A DNA stretch of 63,164 nucleotides, the filler included, from Catajapyx aquilonaris (taxonomy: Eukaryota): the NCBI GenBank assembly GCA_000934665.2. It is 4 parts of 4 records of this genome, joined end to end, with 100 filler letters (N's around TTAATTAATTAA, not from the genome) between each part and the next. Parts side by side here need not be neighbours in the genome. Positions count along the whole stretch, not along the records: positions 1 to 15,714 come from JYFJ02007415.1; 3 more parts are not named here. One strand, written 5' to 3'. Within the stretch, counting starts at the first letter, position 1, and each line of letters begins with the position of its first letter. The position numbers were made by a program, and so were the translations under genes. The notes beneath the pieces were generated by a model. It was not told where the DNA came from and made no database searches. It was given only the letters and a program-made list of their open reading frames with translations. Shown one piece after another: positions 1-13,852 of the stretch.

Positions 1-604
1 CTCGGGCTGATATGTTCCAAACGAAAGTTGTAGAGAAACATGTATGCTACAAAAAGTTTACAGTACCTTTTCCACGTACAGTCCATATTTTCGAAGCAGC
101 CGCGAAACATACATTGTCATGGAGTTAAGGGACGAAACAATAAGGGTCATCAGTGCACTTGGTGATAAAAGCATGAAATTTGGTACGAATATCCTTGAGA
201 CCATACTCTTCAAATGCTGATATGGCGCCACTCCCGTTTTGGCCCCGGAGGCCCGTAATTGCGGATTGGCCACCCTTCAGTGAGTGAAAAGTCTTTTTCA
301 AGTCGCTGTAGCTCCAAAAATACGAACTGTACGGTACTTATCTCCAGACATGCATTAACAAATTAGGGATATCACAAGGAAGACAATGACACATGGAATG
401 ATATAGTTTATTCAGTATAAGTATAAGTTAGTAAAAACAACATATGCCCTTGATAAAAAACATATGGTTTGATGTAGGTGACACAGGTATCACATAAACC
501 ACCGCATATTATGTATTACAAACAGACCTTTCACAATTTCACTCCCATAACAAGTATTCACAATAACTTTTTTTTCACTTCCGTAAGAAGAAGTTACCTA
601 CAGA

Positions 605-1577
605 TCACTGCTGGTTATGGAAATGAAAAAAACAGTTCCTGTTTTCCAGTAAACACAATCGCAAGTCACACTTTTGGCACATTACCTTTGTTTTTCCCGA
701 ACTGCACAGCCTGCATCTTCCCTTCACCCCAAAAATAGAAAAATGGCCAATCCCATCATATCGGATGTCACAGCCTGGTCTTGGAAAAGTGGGTGTCTTT
801 ATTTTTTTTGATGGCTGAGTATGCTGAAGGGATGGTCTACCTCTTTTAGGCTTTCCTGACTGAATCAAAGCATTACCAACATCCATGCGGAATTCCTTCA
901 GGCTTACTGCTTTCCTCCTACCTAGAAGTGCCATGTCTCTGCGGTACAACAACCACCCGTTAATGACTGCCACATCTATCATCTGCGCAAAAATGGTCAA
1001 GTACCACCTTCGTGTTTTAAGTCGAGCTCTGTAGAGTGCCACCAACATGTCGGCCGAATCTACGCTACCCATGTGTCTGTTATACTCCTTGACCACATTT
1101 GGGAAGTTAACTTGAACCCTTTTTTTCTCCTTTTTGCAATATCCCAGGGCTCAACTGATGAGCATGAACTTACTAGGAGAACAGCCTTGCTGTACAGCCA
1201 TTTTACTACGGCAATTCCTGCAGCATTATCAACTTTGTAATCAATCGCTCCCCTCCCTTCTTTTTTTCATATCCTTTAGAGACATTAGCTCACACCCCCT
1301 CAGACGATTCTCTCTGTGTTCCCAGGCTGTGCAAGTCCAAATTGTCTTTGAGGTACATGATCAGTTCTAGACTGCAAAAGAAATTATCAAAATACACCAC
1401 AGTCTCCTTCCTATCATAATCATCAATCGTTTTACATAGCTGCACCACAACCTTTCCTCCAACACCCATCTGCTCTTCCTCTTCTGAGAAATCTACTCCT
1501 TCAAAGGTAGAACTTCCAGTGTACAAACTGAAATCATAAATCACCCTTGAATTGGCAATGTCCCTCCTGGGGTACAT
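605..1577 (-). pseudogene. piggyBac (PGBD-like) transposase, C-terminal half, frameshifted
   Basis: Motifs VYFDNFF (second catalytic D), YNRHMGSVDSAD (third D region), RRWYL..F..ID.AVINGW and the C-terminal Cys-rich domain CRLC..CQKCDLRLCL..NCFFHFH. Frameshift near 1290-1320; N-terminal half missing. Confidence 0.92.
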
Positions 1578-1946
1578 AGGTTAATAGCCAACTATTACGA
1601 TCGTAATATTAGTTTTATGAGAGAACTGAGAGGCTGGTCTGATCACATGCTTCATGCACTCCCTGGAGCTAATTTCATGTCCCTCAAAACCATATTACGG
1701 CAATTTTTTTAAAAAAGTTTCTTACCGGCTGCGAGGCAACCGCTTCTGAAGCAGCCGCCATGTTGGATTCTTCTTGTGTTTTCATGGTGCAAGCTTTTCC
1801 CAACAGATGGCGAAGTACACATGTGAGTTAGTCGAGGTTCGGTGTCAGATGATGGGCATCCATTTTCGCGCACTTTCTTTCTGGCGGGCCCGTTAAAATT
1901 TTTTTAAATTGAATGTCCCTCAGGGGGGACATTGTCAATTAAAGGG
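605..1946 (-). mobile_element. Internally deleted piggyBac element; left end at 1946 with TTAA target site at 1947-1950
   Basis: Minus strand reads TTAA|CCCTTTAATTGACAATGTCCCCCCTGAGGGACAT. The empty site TTAATTGTGCTACC survives in a paralogous block at ~5595. The other terminus was not identified. Confidence 0.8.
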
Positions 1947-4900
1947 TTAATTGTGCTACCAATACATGGTATTATATGATTCCCTCAAGTCACAATAATT
2001 GCTTTGGTTGACTCCTGGAGACACTGAGAAACAAACGACCGTGTATGGTCCAATGTGATATTAGTCCCATATTCCTGAAGTGTGTGATATTGTGCTGCAG
2101 GAACGTCACGTCATTGTATCACTACGTGTCTGTACTTTTTATTCATATTCTCCTCTGTGCTCACTAGAATCCGGCTCTTGCAATCATCCTCGATCTGTGA
2201 GCAGCTCATATGTAGGCTTTTGTAAGGTAAATATTTGGTAGCTCTTGTGCGTTTGACACCAATGTCCAAGTCGGGTGGTTTTCATGCAGGAGTACAATTT
2301 ATTATTTTCATTCCAGGGTCACTCTCTCTATGCCTCGGCTACTAAATCTTGCTGCATGACAATAGTGGCCTTATTACAATGGTTCATCCCACCAATTTTC
2401 AGAGTCCAGGTTTCGTCATCAGATTTCTTTATTCAGGTGACTTCTTAATTACGTGACTGAATGACGCATAAATTTGTCCAATTAAGAAACCCTGTAACAG
2501 TAGGGAAAAACTTGCACATTTTAGACACGGTGCATATAGCATAACGGTTTAGTAATGTGATTATTTTCTGAGATGTGAGAATGAAATATCATCTCCCAAA
2601 CAACTGTAACTGCCAGTTCAAAAGAATGTTGTTACCAAATATAAAAGTGGCATATTAAATCAGAGGAAAAAATTCTTGTGGCCTGCGCTGTTGGGGTTTA
2701 AAATAATCTTAGTATGATATTCTCTCCCTTCCGTAATTGGTCTGTTGGGTCTCACGTCACACTCTGGAAGTACTGTCGTTACCATTTCTCCATCTCCGAG
2801 AACCTTGGATGTTATTTAGTTGCATTTGGGCATATGGGGCAAGAGGTGATTGCTAATGAGGTATTATTCACGTTAATAATACTATTGATCTTTTACTCAT
2901 CATAAAATGACACGTCATCAATAGAATATTCCATCCTTATACGTACTACTATAGATATCTATGTCTTCATCAATATTTTGTGCTACCAATACATGAGATT
3001 ATATGATTCCCTAAAGTCACAATTGCTTTTTTTTTAACTCCCGGAGTGATGGAGAAATTAATCACCGGTATGGTGCAAGGTGATATTATTCCTGAAGGTT
3101 ATGACATGATGGTGCTGCAGCAACTTTATGTCGTTGTATCACTAATTATTGTGTGTACCTATATATTTTTCTCCATGCTCACTAGTTTAATCCAGCTCTT
3201 GCAACCATGGGTTGCAACCAGTGTGTCATATACCCCAGTAGATGACTGACCTCTCCTGATTTGAAGAACAGTAGTTCTTGATTCACCTGCTCCTATCCTG
3301 CTTTTCACTAGGGTAACAATGAGATGTGCAGGATCCTTTTAATATGTCGTAAATAGTATTTTTTTCCCCTCTTTAATAGACACGTTGAAATATCGTCGGC
3401 ATTTATCTTCGGTAAACATGCATTGTTCGTTGGTTTTTGCACATGACCTTCCTACTCCATCTTTAGAGGTGTTGGAAACAATACATCAAAAATGGTGCAC
3501 ATCGACTGTGAAAGACCATCAGAAACGAAGGCGTAAGCTGTTAATACAGCATCGTCCTTCTTGCGACAGCGGCGGCACCGGCATGGGTCCAAATTGGACC
3601 ATGTCCCCCCTTGGCTTCCGGAGGGAGACCCGGTTGCTGATGTCAATTTTTCCATAATGTTGCAACTTGAGAATTATTAAATCAGAATAAAAATTATTGT
3701 GCCCGTAAGCTGGTCGGGTTTAGAATCACTTCCGTCCCACTTCCGTAATATGGGTACGGTGTGCCTCACGTCACTCTCTCGATGTTTTATCCATCTGTTG
3801 GAATTATGGGCTGTCTGTAAGCGGCACATGTGTAAGGCTTTTTGTAGGCGAAACATTTGATATCCTCGGATCGCGGGGTCGTCTGAATCGTCTGACGCTC
3901 AACCAAGCCATGACGCGAATCCATTATCGCGTCGGCTGATTTAGAAATCAAGTAAGGAAATAAGGGTTTCGCCTTTAGATCCGTGCTCGAGTAAATATGA
4001 AGATAGATCCCCTAAGAAAAACAAGGTAGGCTACTCATTGGTTCACCTTGTGGAAAACAGATTTTTATTATTATTATTATTATTGTGACTGACACCTTCA
4101 TGGTCGTGTGGTTCCCTGACTTCTAGATAGACAGAAGAAGTGTCTTCCTATTTGTCGTTGGTACAAGTCAGGTAAGATCGCCGAAATGAATTAATGAAAA
4201 AATGAACTTTGATGAACATTGTATGTATTGTCAGGATTAAGTAGCGTGTTGAGTGATTATTATTAGTCTATTAGTCCATTCTAGCTTCGGTACCTGCGAC
4301 GATATGTTAGGGTTGATTAACGTCAGCATAGGAAATGGGAGTAGTTACCAAATATGAAATTGCAATATTAAATCAGTAGTATTATTGTGGCCGTGTGCTT
4401 TTCGGGCTTAGAATCATCCTTAACCATCTGGGACTTCCGCAATTGGTATGTTTGTTGTGCCTCACGTCACCATGTGGATGTATGTAGCCGAATCCCGACT
4501 AGGGAAAAAAGTCATCTTGGATGTTATTTAGTCGCTTTTGGCGGTGTCAGAACAATATATTGGCAATCAAACAGTTACGGTATATTTCCTCATGTGGGGC
4601 AAGAGGTAGTTGATGATGATTCTTGTTAAATTATACGTATTAGTTATAAGATTATTAGTTATAAGATATCAGTTATATTTAACTGCCTCAGAACTTCGTT
4701 GGACCACGTATTATACGTATTAGTTATAAGATTATTAGTTATAAGATTGAATTGATCTTTTACTCATAAAATGACACAGCGTCAATAGAATATACCATCC
4801 ATATACTAAATATCTTAGTCAAATGCAAAAGTTGTGCTGCCAATATACATATGACGTGTGCGAATGAAATAATTATCATCGCTCTGTGAATTCATTACTT

Positions 4901-7828
4901 GTTCATCTCAACACTTAGCTGTTCTTCTGATAATAATGCGAGTATGCTGGATAGTAAAGTAAACGACGGCAATTGATACTTTCTGAATGTGACCCAACTT
5001 GTATTTGGCCTGCTTTTTCGCCAGACAATAATTACTGGACACTTAGCCAATTTGGCCATTTTCCATACAATGAAATGCAGGTAACTTGTCCAACCGTTGA
5101 GGATCGGTTCATTACATGTATTTACTGCGACGTTTAATATAGGAACACATTACCATAGACTAGGCTGTACTCCTGACGGGAGTGTCGGCGTGAAAGTTGT
5201 TAGTTTCAGTTTTCATCACACTGTACATCCGATTCTTCCGTCACTTTACTTCGTCCGCAAGTAATCCCCCAGAATATCCCCTCTCAGCGGCGGCATTCTG
5301 GCACCAGATCGCTGTTCGAATTTAGTCATGATTGTCCTTCTCTCACTTACTGTTATGTTATGTTGGGTCTCACGTCACCCTCTGGATGGCAAATCTTTCT
5401 ATATCTCCGGCTATTTAGTCGCTTTTGGCGGTGTCCGGACAAATACTGGCAATCGAAGAGTTACGGTATATTTTCTCCTACGGAGCAAGATATATTCAGA
5501 ATATTCATATTGATTATCGATCTTTTACGCATCATAAAATGACACAGCGTCAGTAGAATGTTCCATCCTTATACTAGCTGTCTCTGTCTTGCATTAATTG
5601 TGCTACCAATACATGGTATTATATGATTCCCTCAAGTCACGATAATTGCTTTGGTTGACTCCTGGAGACACGGAGAAACTAACGACCGTGTATGGTCCAA
5701 GGTGATATTAGTCCCATATTCCTGAAGTGTGTGATATTGTGCTGCAGGAACGTCACGTCATTGTATCACTACGTGTGTGTACTTTTTATTGATATTCTCC
5801 TCTGCTGTGCTCACTAGTTTAATCCGGCTCTTGCAATCATCTTCTACCTGTAAGCAGCTCGTATGTAGGCTTTTGTAAGGTAAATATTTGGTAGCTCTTG
5901 TGCGTTTGACACCAATGTCCAAGTCGGGTGGTTTTCATGAAGGAGTATAATTTATTATTTTTATTCCAGGGTACGCCTTTGGGCCCTTTACTTTGTGTAG
6001 AACGCAACAATGCAGGTCCCCGTGCAGCACATATAGTTCGTGCAGGCAGGGTCAACCCAGTCTTGGGTTCCCGCCTCGAAGAAGTACCGCAAAACAGTCT
6101 TTGCCCCCTGCTGATAGCAACCGCTCCTTCAACATCTTTTCAGGCCAGTAATAAAGGCACAGATTCACCTTGGCTCCTGCACCGTCTCCAGCACACTCCA
6201 TTTCCTTTTCTAAAAACAATGAACGAAACAAAAGGGCCACACACGGATGCTATTGATATCTCTGCTACATCAAACTCAGCCATATCATTACATCTCGTGA
6301 CAGCTTTTCTGATGTCCAATGCAGCAAATATTATAGCTGACACTTTCACCTACATTTCCCATGGAGGGGGATCCCGGTGATATATTCGGCCAAAATTAGC
6401 TTCACATGGAATTGTATTCCCGCTGTTTAATGAATTCCTATGGAAAACCAGGCGCTGTGTTTGCCATTCACGATGTAACTACGGGTTGCCAGATTTTTCA
6501 GTAATTGGGGATATCCAAATGCCAGTTTTTCTCCCTTGAAAGATAGGGTTCTAGAAGAACCTATCTCATAATAATTGAACCTGCACTGGTCCGTGTTAAA
6601 ACGTAGCAGTTCAAGACTGAAGTGTTATTGCTGAAGTCACGATATGGACTCATATTGACTTCCTGCTGAACTTGTTCCTGTCACTGAAAGTGAAACCGCC
6701 ATCGTCCAATTATTCTCTTGCCAGTCTTTCTGGCTGAAAGGAACTTATATTGCATATGCCGATTGATGATTCTGTGTGTGTGTGTGTGTGTTTTTTTTGG
6801 GGTCACTATTCGGCGAAATATTCCTGTCAACTTACTGATTGCTTGATGGAAGTGGTTACATGCCTTCGCATTCGTGTCATCTTATGCCAATATTCGGATT
6901 CAATAAGTTGCCAATAATTTCATGCTACAGTTCTGTCTGAAAATGACCTGAAGAGTGAAGAGGAAGTGTTTCGATATGTATTTGTCGTTGGTACAGGTCA
7001 GCGAAAATCGTGAATGAAACAATGAACGTTGCGTAGTCGGATCTGGGTAAAAACTGTGTATGGGAACAGTGCCTTGAGCATTGATTAGCGAAGGATTTTC
7101 TCAAAGCCATCATTCGTTATTGATTTGGGCGATCATGAAGAGCAATGTGTCTTCAGTACCTTCGCTCGTTTTTCTCATTCACCATGACGTCAGGTATGGC
7201 CCGCTTCAGTGCTTGGAGTAAACCCTGGTAAGTTGCCTTCAAGTCTCCACCGATCTTCTCCATGTCAGTCTTTATGCAATTCTTGAATGAGTCTTCCTTT
7301 CTCCTCTTTTGGCTTCTGATGATGGCTTCCAGTAGAAACTTCCTGAACCTCGGGGGCCTCTGCTTCGGGGGAGCAGCGGTAGTGCTGGAGCTGGCAATGT
7401 TAGAGGAGGATGAGGATGGCCCCCTGTGTGGTGCGCCGCATCTGGAACGTGCGGTGGAACGGGTAGAACTGTTGCTCGGCGATCTCTGAGTGGCGATTGT
7501 ATAGATGTGTGTTCGATTACAATTCTTACTTCCAAATTCGGATGTGATGATTATATGAATGGCCAGCTGCACAGGCCTTGTCCAAACCAACGAACTTAAA
7601 GTTTGTGCAGTGAACTCCCAGTTAATAAGAATGTTGTTACCAAATATGAAAGTACAATATTAAATCATAGGAAAAATTATTGTGACCTAAGCTGTTCGGG
7701 TTTAGAATCATCTTTGTTTGACATTGTCTCACTTCCGTAAGTGATCTGTTGGGTCTCACGTCACCCTGTGGATGTTGGTATAGGACTACTGTACCAAATT
7801 TCTCTATCTCCGACAACCTTAGATGTTA

Positions 7829-9240
7829 CTGGCAGGATACCCGGCGTTGCTCGGGTTATGAAATACTTTTCCATAGGAGTGACGCATTGATTTGAAATAA
7901 TTATGGCTACACAAAGACAGTGTTGGCATACCAGTAACATGGAGCATATTGCATGTGCATGATGTCCAAACAACACACTAAGGATGTCAGATGTAAGAAA
8001 ATACACAATACACCTTCAAAATCCAGCAAAAGTATGTAATGAAAAATTGAAGGTTGTGCAGTAAATGTAGAAGTAAATGTAGAATGTATAGAAGCTCCAA
8101 CACAGCAGAGCTTAGAATCTGGCATCCGGAGTGTGTTGTTTGGATTCATGCACACGCAATATTTGGTATAACCAATTACGTTCATAATAATTCCATAGAT
8201 GAAGTGTGTTGTCGCGAAGCTTCAACACAATATCCCTCTTATTTATTACCATGCTCCTGACCACTCATGATCACAGCAGTCTCGTTGCAAGAAGGTTGAT
8301 TGAATAGACCACGATGCTCACCTTGTGGTCGATTGTCTGCATCGATGACCAAGTCTAATTCCAGAGGAGGAGGACTCTCAAGTGCAAGCTTGAAGCTTTT
8401 GACGTAAGTTTGGGTGGAATGGATCATCTCCTGAAGTTTCAGTATGGTGTCGAGGCGTGTGCCGTTTAAGTAGGTGCAACGGTATTCCGCCTGCTGTTGC
8501 ATGTTCCCCACAAAGTAAAGTTGCAGAAACCGTGGAATCTCATTTTCTGAAGGAAGGAGTGATCCCATGCAACGGTAAATTTGCCCTTTCACTTTGAATG
8601 TAGCCATGAAGTTCCCTTCTCTTGCAACGTTGGCCCCAAAATATGTCATCAGGAAGTTAGGCCGAATTGTAATTTCCGATGGTCTTCAGGAAATGTTTTG
8701 AATTATTAGCTGATGTACTATCGGGTTCAAATGCTTTTGGCCACTTTCTCCTGGTCTTGAAGCAACCCTTCGCAGAGCCCCACGTTAAGGAGGTGTGTGT
8801 ATGTGAAGGGTTGCTTCAAGACCAGGATAAAGTGGCCAAAAGTATTTGAACCCGATAGTACCTAAGAGGAGCATTTTAAGTAGGTGTGGAGGCTCAGCCA
8901 GGAGAGGAAGGCTAACCTTTCCATTATTGGAGCAACAGATCGATTTTGTTTCACCCTTCCACTTCTTTGCCTGACAGTGTTGGGATACCTCTGACATGGG
9001 ACCAATTGCTACAACATTGACAGAAGAATAGTCAATGTCTGCCGAGTAGCGGAAAGCCCCATTTAGGAGATGGGTAGATGAAAATGGAGCCAATCTCCGG
9101 CTGATGGCCGCGTTTCTCAAAGAGTGGAGTCTGGCTTTGTTTTTCTTCAGCAGACTCATTTTGTGTGCTGGCGGAGTGTCTGGCAACGGTATATTTTTAA
9201 AAATGTGTTTGTATCAAATGAAATGTCGAAAGTTTAATGA
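7829..9240 (-). mobile_element. Helitron remnant with Rep N-terminal fragments and 3' terminus
   Basis: ORF pieces GPM...C.AKKWKGE...CC..GKV.LP (8785-9186) and MT.FGA...F..TFKVKGQIY..GSLLP...PRFLQLYF (8239-8649). 3' hairpin CCCGAGCAACGCCGGG (7840-7855) followed by CCAG|T (degenerate CTRR). Ends at an N gap. Confidence 0.88.
8718..8858. mobile_element. Tc1/mariner-type MITE nested in the Helitron Rep ORF
   Basis: TA|CTATCGGGTTCAAA...TTTGAACCCGATAG|TA with ~55-bp inverted arms. Removing it rejoins LLLGT to SANNSKHFLKTIGNYNSA. Confidence 0.85.
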
Positions 9241-12200
9241 NNNNNNNNNGGGGGGGGGGGGGATGGTGGGAGATTAATGGCTAATTACCATAATAATACG
9301 TAATCCCATCAAAGGAGAAACACATGTCTGAAGACATGGACATCAACCAGATCCTAGTCATCCTACAGAATTACAGAGGACAGTTGGCTACGTAATAATG
9401 TAAATTGCATTTGATTCGATCATATAAAAATGAATACATTAATCGAGGGAGGGAGAGGGTGGGTGGGTGTGGGTAAGAGGGTGAGGCATGTGACAGGAGG
9501 GGGCGGGCGGTTCGACAGGTGAATGTTAATTGGTCCCAATTTACCCGGCATGCTTTGCCGTAAACCCCACAAATATGCGTCGCACTTATCAGCCCATGGT
9601 TTAAGAGATACTTGAGCAAATCATCACGGACGATGGCCATAGGAAAAAAACTCGAGGCTTGTCAACGAGCACCCGTCTCACTGTTGCACCTCAAATCCCT
9701 CCATTGTGACAAGTCACCCTGCCCGTTGGTTCTTCCCGGTTCTTCCTTGGGACAATATTGACTTGGAAAGTTTCGTATGCCCCGGCCCCAGACTGTATGG
9801 ATCTGGGAGCCGGACATTGTTGGTTTGTTGCCCACAGGTGGTAAGGCCTCTTTGGCTAATTACACCTGCAATTCTTTTATCTATGCGAGCGGATGAAGGG
9901 AGCGGAAGGGATGGGAAGGGAGGGAGGGGTCGAGAGGTACAGGGTAGGTAGCTGTGGACAGTGGCAGGGTATCGCTGGGGATTGACCCCAAGGAGTCGGT
10001 ATCGGATTGTTACCACAGCCATCTTGCCCATGTTGCTCAGCTGTGATCAATTGATCTGACAGACTGACTACTGTACAGTGTATGATGTAATCATCGCAAT
10101 GAATATCCTAGTGACGCTTATAATATGAGAGAAGATTGCTTTGGTCAATACATAATAATGTTATACTGTATAGGCAACATATTTTTTGCCGTTTAATAGT
10201 GCTTATCAATGTCTTATTGTACGACAAGATTGTCACTATTTTGATTCCTGATCTTTCTGGTCAAGTCTCTGATCTCAATAACCAATATGTCCAGGGAAAT
10301 TGTCAATATGAATCTACATATGCCCTTCGGTCTGTTAATTACCCAAATTAATTGCTCATTATCAGATGTCACCATCATAATATAAGCGTTATCCAACTGT
10401 TCGCCTGCACGGGACTATTGCATTGAGGACAATACTTTTCCCCTTCTCACCGCAATAGCGCAACGTTATGCGATTCTTGATTCTCCTTAATCTCCAGCAG
10501 AGAGCAGGTTTCGTCGTCAGATTTCAATTATTGGGGCGTTGTCTCTCACCAAATGGCTCATAATTTTGTCCTATGAGGAACACGTCTAACAGTGAAAAAC
10601 TGGTCCATTCTAGCGACGGTACCTATAGACATAACAGTTTAGTAATGTGATATATTGTGAGAGGTGCTATAGTTGCTGCAGTGACTGCCAATTATTGAAA
10701 AGAATGTGGATATTAAGAATGTGGCTTTACGGGTGTCCGCCGTTTACTGAATTCACAGACAACCGGTGGTTGGCCATGCCATTCACGATGTAACTGTTGG
10801 TTGCCAGATGTTTTGATAATTGAGGGTAATATTATACAAATGTAAGTTTTCCGTACTTGAAGAATAGGATTCTAGCAGAACTCATTTCATTATTTGAACT
10901 CACACCGGGTGTTCTAGGAGAAACTTGGAAGAAACTGCGCATAACTCCTGCAGAAATGTTTTCGCCACAGTCAGGACTTGAATGTGCAACTTGTTGCTGT
11001 CTCTCAACGTGAAATTTCCGGCTGGTTGTCAGCTTTGTTAGGGCACTTTCAGAATGCGGTCATCACCACCACCTCACTGAACACCTTCATAGTCGTGTGG
11101 TTCCCTGACTTCTAGATAGACAGAAGAAGTGTCTTCCTATTTGTCGTTGGTACAAGTCAGGTAATATCGCCGAAATGAATTAATGAAAAAATGAACATTG
11201 TATGTATTGTCAGGATTAAGTAGCATGTTGAGTGATTATTATTAGTCTATTAGTCCATTCTAGCCTCGGTACCTGTGACGATATGTTAGGGTTGATTAAA
11301 GTCAGCATAGGAAATGGGAGTAGTTACCAAATGTGAAATTGCAATAAATCAGTAGTATAAAAATTATTGTGGCCGTGTCCTTTTCGTGTTTAACATCCTT
11401 AACCATCTGTGACTTCCGTAATTGGTATGTTTGTCATGCCTCACGTCACCATGTGCATGTCTGTATCTGAATCTCGACTAGGGAAAAAGTCATCTTGGAT
11501 GTTATTTAGTCGCTTTTGGCGGTGTCAGAACAATAGGCAATCAAACAGTTACGGTATATTTCCTCATGTGGGGCAAGAGGTAGTTGATGATGATTCATGT
11601 TAATTACTGATCTTTTACTCATAAAATGACACAGCGTCAATAGAATATACCATCCATATACTAAATATCTTAGTCAAATGCAAAAGTTGTGCTGCCAATA
11701 TACATGAGATTATACGATTCCCTGACTTCACGATTTCTTTGTTTGACTCCCGGAAGCTGTTTATAGCCTCAGAATTGTCTTAAACCTGATGGGTGTCGGC
11801 CGTTTAAGGAATTCACCTTAGGAATTCACGGAAAACCGGTGACTGTGGTTGCCATTCACGATGTAACCGTTGGTTGCCAGATTTTTTGATAATTGAGAAC
11901 ATCCAAAGTTTTCCGTACTTGAAGAATATGATTCTAGAAGAAATCATTTCATTATTTGAACCCACTTGGAAGAAACAGCACATAACTCCTGCTGGAAAGT
12001 TGTGGTCACAGTCAGGATAATGGACTTCTGTTGAACGAATGTGCAACTTGTTGCTGTCTCTCATCGTGAAACTGATGGGGTCCAATTCCAGGAATTTCTC
12101 CACTGACCAGTCTTAAATGGGAAGTCCGGATGTGCTGTCGATGGGGTTTTCTGTTTGGAAATCAATTATTGGTTCGCCTGCGTAATGCATGTGAATATAT

Positions 12201-13595
12201 TATTCATCCACGATGTCTGAATAACAATAACAACAACAACAATTAATAAGAATTATAGTGAATGATGTTAAAATGAAATGAAAATAAGTGAATTGTGTCA
12301 ATTATTGCTAATTTTCTGGTCATGAAGTGACACCAAGTAAGTAGGATGTTTCATCGCTGTATTAGATACTGTCTTACAGTACACAAAAGGTTAAGCTGAG
12401 ATGAATGTATACCCGCGCTGGAGAAGCAAGGCGTAGGATGTCATGTAGTGTTGGTTCCGTGTCTCCTGTGCAAGTCGCCAGATGAGCCAGTTCACTTTAG
12501 CCTGGCATGAATGAAACAAAAACGTTAGGTTTGGGAACACTGGCTTGAGCATTTGCGAAGGTTTTCTCGGTCATTATTGATGTGAGCCATCACGAAGAGC
12601 ACAGGGTCTTCAGTACCTTCTCTCGATATGCTCGGAAGTTTGCATCAACTGTTGATACAAGCTCGTTCAAAGGGATGTGCGATAAGAAGTGTGCCGCTGA
12701 GGCCGGATACTGACTCATGTTGCATGATGATTGTCGCGCAGCGTTATTATGATCCTCTTTCCGTTTCGTCGTCAGATATCATTTATTACAGTTTTGACTC
12801 GCCCAATGGCTCATAATAATTATTTTGTCCAATGAGGAAAACTTGTGACAGTAAAAAACTTGTCCATCCTAGCGACGGTACCTATCGTATGACACTTTAG
12901 TAATGTGAATATAATTTGAGACGTGCGAATGAAATAATTATCATCTTTCTGTGATTTCATTACTTGTTCATCTCAACACTTAGCTGTTCTTCTGATGATA
13001 ATGCGAGTATGCTGGATAGTAAAGTAAACGACGGCAATTGATACTTTCTGAATGTGACCCAACTTGTATTTGGCCTGCTTCTTCGCCAGACAATAATTAC
13101 AGGACACTTAGCCAATTTGGCCATTATCCATACAATGAAATGCAGATAACTTGTCCAACCGTTGAGGATCGGTTCATTACATGTATTTACTGCGTTGTAT
13201 AATATAGGAACACCTTACCATAGACTAGGCTGTACTCCTGACGGGAGTGACGGCATGAAAGTTGTTAGTTTCAGTTTTCATCACACTGTACATCCGATAC
13301 TTCCGTCACTTCACTTCGTCCGCAAGCAATCCTCCAGAATATCCCCTCTCAGCGGCGGCATTCTGGCACCAGATCGCTGTTCGAATTTAGTCATGATTGT
13401 CCTTCTCTCACTTAACAATATGTTATGTTGCGCTACTAATACATGATATTATATGATTCTCTAAGTCACAATTGCTTTAGTTGACTCCTGGAGTCAAGGG
13501 GAAACTAACGACCGTGTAAGGTGCAAGGTGACATCTCCTTAAGTGTGCTACATTCTTGGTGGCATTGTGCTGCAGGAACGTCACGTCATTGTGAT

Positions 13596-13852
13596 CAGAC
13601 ATTGCTATCCTTGTGAGGATATTTTTCGCAAGTTTCCTATCCTTGTGAGGACCGAAAACCTTACGAGGACTTTTTTCAGGCCCTCATAATGTACACAGTC
13701 CTCACAAGGATGGCGGAAAATCAAACCAAGACCTCCTTTTTACTGTGAAAAAATAGGTCACCAAAATTTCGTGTGTATTTTGTAGGTTAGGTTAGTTTTA
13801 AATTTTTATTTTTGCCAGACCCTCACAAGGATAGCACTTTATAACATGTGTG
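13596..13852. mobile_element. Small non-autonomous DNA element (CMC/EnSpm-like or Helentron-like)
   Basis: Absent from the other block-A copies. Subterminal inverted repeats CTATCCTTGTGAGG/CCTCACAAGGATAG, a GGTTA microsatellite, and CAGACAT...ATGTGTG ends. Confidence 0.6.

Noticed and set aside
2408..2425. Hammerhead-like CTGATGA-CGAAAC on the minus strand (also ~10508 and ~12763)
   Set aside because: No helix II between CUGAnGA and GAAA; more simply codons for SDDET in a duplicated block.
5950..6349. DEDD/Maelstrom-like nuclease remnant (LDI..E; C.H...HC)
   Set aside because: Needs a frameshift and a stop readthrough, and the paralogous copy at ~14100 favours another frame.
9371..10031. 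Possible ISXO2/Merlin zinc-ribbon and piggyBac C-terminal remnants
   Set aside because: Similarity too short and degenerate to support without a search.
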